From an uncultured Anaerolineaceae bacterium (lineage in GTDB: Bacteria; Chloroflexota; Anaerolineae; Anaerolineales; UBA4823): 64,000 nt of DNA. Both the position numbers and the translations under genes were made by a program. Below are positions 61,419 through 64,000 of this stretch, in pieces. Under the pieces are notes generated by a model that saw nothing but the letters and a program-made list of their open reading frames with translations, did not search any database and was not told the origin of the DNA. Every line of letters begins with the position of its first letter. Position 1 is the first letter of the stretch. Where the stretch lies: NCBI GenBank assembly GCA_964400875.1, contig CAYNWK010000002.1:3391-67390 (forward strand), in the 5' to 3' direction.

Positions 61419-63602
61419 TTATGATTCTTCTAACATCTCCAGCTTGGCCAGCGAAGCCGCCACCCTTTTCAGGCCAACCTTATTGAAAAAAATATCGACG
61501 ATCTCATCGTCGTCCTCCAGGCGGGAATTAAGCACCATCCCTTCACCCCAGACAGGGTGTTCCACTCGCGCGCCGGGTTGGTACTGCGGTTTAACCAGAT
61601 GCGCCGAACCGGCGTTGCCTGAATCCCACCGGTCAGGTCGGTAGATTTCTCGAGCTTGCGAACGGCGGCCATAACCGCTGACTTCCTCTTGATCGAACAA
61701 CTCTTCGGGAATATCACCCAGGAAGCGTGACTGGTCGGAGGGCTCGTTGTACCCGTAAAAACTTCGGTTGATCGGGCTGAATAAAAACAAACGATCCTTA
61801 GCACGGGTGATGCCCACATAGAACAGGCGGCGTTCCTCCTGCATAGCCTCCGGATCATCAAATGACCGAGAATGCGGCAAAGTGCCGTCATTGAGACCAA
61901 CGATAAACACATAGGGGAACTCCAACCCCTTGGCGGCGTGCAGTGTAAGCAGGGTCGGAACGTTGGCAGAGGCGTCGATGGTATCCTGGTCGGATACCAG
62001 CGCGATATCCTCTAGAAAAGCGGACAGGCTCTCCTCCTTATGCTCCATAGCCAGCCGGCGCAGCTCTTGCACGTTCTCCCAACGCTCCGCGCCTTCCTCG
62101 CTGCCGTCATCGATATAATCGCGATAATCCGTATCGACCAGGATGCGGTCCAAAAGGTCAAGAGGAGCAAACTGCTCGCGCTGCTCAACCCAATTGAGCA
62201 GCATGCTTCCAAAATTGACCAGCGCCGAGGCGGCGCGGGTTGAAAAATATTCTGCGCGCCCAGGATTGGCGCCGCTGCTCAGTTCGAGCAAGAGCTGACC
62301 GGGGGTAAGGCCAAGCTGCTGGGCGCGGGTGCGCAGGGCCGCGCTGGTCTTAGTGCCGATGCCTCTTGAGGGGACGTTAATTACCCGGCTCAGGCTGATA
62401 TCGTCATCCGGATTTTGAACCAGGCGTAAATATGCAATCACATCTTTGATCTCGCGCCGGCCGTAAAAGCGCTGCGCGCCGACCAGTTTATACGGCAGGC
62501 TGCGCCGCAAGAATGCCTCCTCGAGTAGCCGGGATTGCGCGTTAGTGCGGTACATAATGGCGCAATCCCCCGGCTGAGCCTGAGCACGTGCGACCAGTCC
62601 GGCGATGGTATCGACCACGATGGAAGCTTCTTCCCGGTCATCATAAGGCTCTTTCACCACGATCTTCTGGCCGCGCCCCCGATCGGTGAACAACCGTTTT
62701 GGCGTCCGGTAAGGATGCTGGTCGATCACCGCCATGGCCGTATCCAGGATGGTCTGCGTAGAACGGTAGTTTTGTTCCAACAAGATCACCTGGGCATCCG
62801 GGAAATCATCTTCGAAACGCAGCACATTTCGGTAATCTGCGCCCCGCCAGCGGTAGATCGACTGGTCGGTGTCGCCCACTACGAAGATATTATGGTGAAA
62901 GGAGGCTAAATGCCTGAGCAGGACGTATTGGGCCAGATTCGTGTCCTGGAATTCATCCACCAAGACGTGCTCGTAGCGCCGGGCGTACTTCTCACGCACT
63001 GCCGGCGATTCTTCCAACAAAAAGGCCGTCCACAGTAACAGGTCGTCGAAGTCCACGCCGTTGCTGGCTAAGAGCAGCTCCTGGTAGCGACTGTAAACGC
63101 GTTTGACCACTTCATCGCGATACGTCTGGATGGGGAAATCATCCGGAAGCAGGAGCTCGTTCTTGGCATTCGAGATCGAGGCGTGGACGCTGTGCGGGCG
63201 ATAGCGCTTCTCATCGATGCCCAGGTCGCCCAGTGCAGTTTTTACGACGTTGATCTGGTCGTCGCTGTCGAAGATTACGAAATTGGATCCAAAGGGCAGG
63301 CGCTCGGCCTCCCGGCGCAGGATGCGGGCGCAGATCGCGTGGAAAGTACCCAACGTCAGGCCGCGCGAACCCCCTTCAAGCAGATCCACGACACGCGCTT
63401 CCATCTCCCGGGCGGCTTTGTTCGTAAAGGTGACCGCCAGGATGTGGTACGGCTGCACCCCCAGGTGGGCGATTAAAAAGGCGATGCGGTGGGTCAGCAC
63501 GCGCGTTTTGCCTGACCCGGGCCCTGCCATAACCAAAACCGGACCGAGTTCAGCCGTGACCGCCTGCTGCTGTTGAGGGTTTAAGCCCTCAATAAGATCC
63601 AT
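61419..63602 (-). CDS. pcrA: ATP-dependent DNA helicase, PcrA/UvrD family
   Basis: LNPQQQQAV...AGPGSGKT, VDEFQDTN, HAAKGLEF. Start at ATG 63602 (MDLIEGLNPQQ). The ORF-track extension to 63992 overlaps holB on the other strand. Confidence 0.9.
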   Translation of the reverse strand: MDLIEGLNPQQQQAVTAELGPVLVMAGPGSGKTRVLTHRIAFLIAHLGVQPYHILAVTFTNKAAREMEARVVDLLEGGSRGLTLGTFHAICARILRREAERLPFGSNFVIFDSDDQINVVKTALGDLGIDEKRYRPHSVHASISNAKNELLLPDDFPIQTYRDEVVKRVYSRYQELLLASNGVDFDDLLLWTAFLLEESPAVREKYARRYEHVLVDEFQDTNLAQYVLLRHLASFHHNIFVVGDTDQSIYRWRGADYRNVLRFEDDFPDAQVILLEQNYRSTQTILDTAMAVIDQHPYRTPKRLFTDRGRGQKIVVKEPYDDREEASIVVDTIAGLVARAQAQPGDCAIMYRTNAQSRLLEEAFLRRSLPYKLVGAQRFYGRREIKDVIAYLRLVQNPDDDISLSRVINVPSRGIGTKTSAALRTRAQQLGLTPGQLLLELSSGANPGRAEYFSTRAASALVNFGSMLLNWVEQREQFAPLDLLDRILVDTDYRDYIDDGSEEGAERWENVQELRRLAMEHKEESLSAFLEDIALVSDQDTIDASANVPTLLTLHAAKGLEFPYVFIVGLNDGTLPHSRSFDDPEAMQEERRLFYVGITRAKDRLFLFSPINRSFYGYNEPSDQSRFLGDIPEELFDQEEVSGYGRRSQAREIYRPDRWDSGNAGSAHLVKPQYQPGARVEHPVWGEGMVLNSRLEDDDEIVDIFFNKVGLKRVAASLAKLEMLEES

Positions 63603-63609
63603 GAGGTGG

Positions 63610-63638
63610 ATTGTAATGTCTGCAGGTAGGCATGTCAA
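63610..63638 (-). promoter_or_regulatory. Sigma70-type promoter positioned for a leaderless pcrA mRNA
   Basis: Minus strand reads TTGACA-17 nt-TACAAT-7 nt-ATG. Confidence 0.6.
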
Positions 63639-63675
63639 CTCGAGTTTGAATCCGCTCAATACGGGAGATATTTTG

Positions 63676-63704
63676 TTGCCAACGCGCGGCCCTTGCGCTA
63701 CAAT
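63676..63704 (+). promoter_or_regulatory. Sigma70-type promoter positioned for a leaderless holB mRNA
   Basis: Plus strand reads TTGCCA-17 nt-TACAAT-6 nt-ATG (63711). Confidence 0.6.
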
Positions 63705-63710
63705 CATCTT

Positions 63711-64000
63711 ATGAATTGGAACATCCTTGGACACGAGTGGGCGGTGGACCTGCTCCAAGAACACGTCGCGCGGGAGAACCCCAGGCATGCGTACCTGCTC
63801 ACCGGCCCGCAAGGTGTGGGCCGGCGCACCCTTGGGTTGCGCCTGGCTCAGGCAATAAACTGCCCCCAGCAAGAAGCGCCAGGAGAACCGTGTCTGCATT
63901 GCCAGACTTGCCGCCAGATCGAACGCATGCAGCATACCGACCTGGCGGTCGTGCAGGCCGAAGAAGTCGGCGGTGTGCTCAAAGTAGATCAAATTCGCGA
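63711..64000 (+). CDS. holB: DNA polymerase III delta-prime subunit, 5' partial (runs off the window)
   Basis: My own translation: MNWNILGHEWAVDLLQEHVARENPRHAYLLTGPQGVGRRTLGLRLAQAINCPQQ...PCLHCQTCRQIERMQHTDL. P-loop-like region plus the Cys-x2-Cys zinc module typical of delta-prime/gamma. Not in the ORF track because no stop lies inside the window. Confidence 0.75.
   Translation, partial: MNWNILGHEWAVDLLQEHVARENPRHAYLLTGPQGVGRRTLGLRLAQAINCPQQEAPGEPCLHCQTCRQIERMQHTDLAVVQAEEVGGVLKVDQIR

Noticed and set aside
63603-63992. N-terminal 130 codons of the helicase ORF 61419-63992.
   Set aside because: The helicase motif I region begins right after MDLIEGLNPQQ at 63602, which has a consensus promoter just upstream. 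The extension overlaps a convincing plus-strand holB N-terminus starting at 63711.

Overview
This is a bacterial chromosomal segment with GC of roughly 60%, estimated from hand counts of a few lines. Every confident gene lies on the minus strand except a partial holB at the right edge. The protein sequences look Chloroflexota/Anaerolineae-like, but I cannot verify that without a database search.

Positions ~90-56,060 form one very large cell-envelope glycan locus. It contains:
- four sulfotransferases and a locus-encoded bifunctional PAPS synthase (ATP sulfurylase fused to APS kinase)
- two NeuB-type ulosonic-acid synthases, one fused to a xylose-isomerase-like TIM barrel
- three cytidylyltransferases
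- a PseB-type UDP-GlcNAc 4,6-dehydratase and an RmlD-like reductase
- a DUF115/Cst-like transferase
- two KpsC/KpsS-like (Capsule_synth) proteins
- several GT2/GT4 enzymes and two methyltransferases
- two alkaline-phosphatase-superfamily enzymes
- a Wzm/Wzt ABC exporter

After a winged-helix regulator comes a second module. It holds a Wzx flippase, a UPF0104 flippase-like protein, several very large polytopic membrane proteins, Gmd, an epimerase and a nucleotide-sugar dehydrogenase.

Positions ~56,100-59,000 are visibly lower in GC and encode an EEP-family enzyme, a CDP-alcohol phosphatidyltransferase and a tandem Usp protein. The right end is housekeeping: udg, rimI, tsaB, tsaE, pcrA and holB.

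No rRNA, tRNA, CRISPR array, transposase or integrase was recognised.

The main lead is a candidate multiply sulfated, ulosonic-acid-containing glycan or glycolipid pathway that has no initiating phosphoglycosyltransferase in the window. Secondary leads are non-coding signals:
- a ~30-nt intergenic motif present at least five times
- twin promoters sharing a palindromic operator
- an 18-bp hairpin-forming tandem repeat
- leaderless-type promoters for the housekeeping genes
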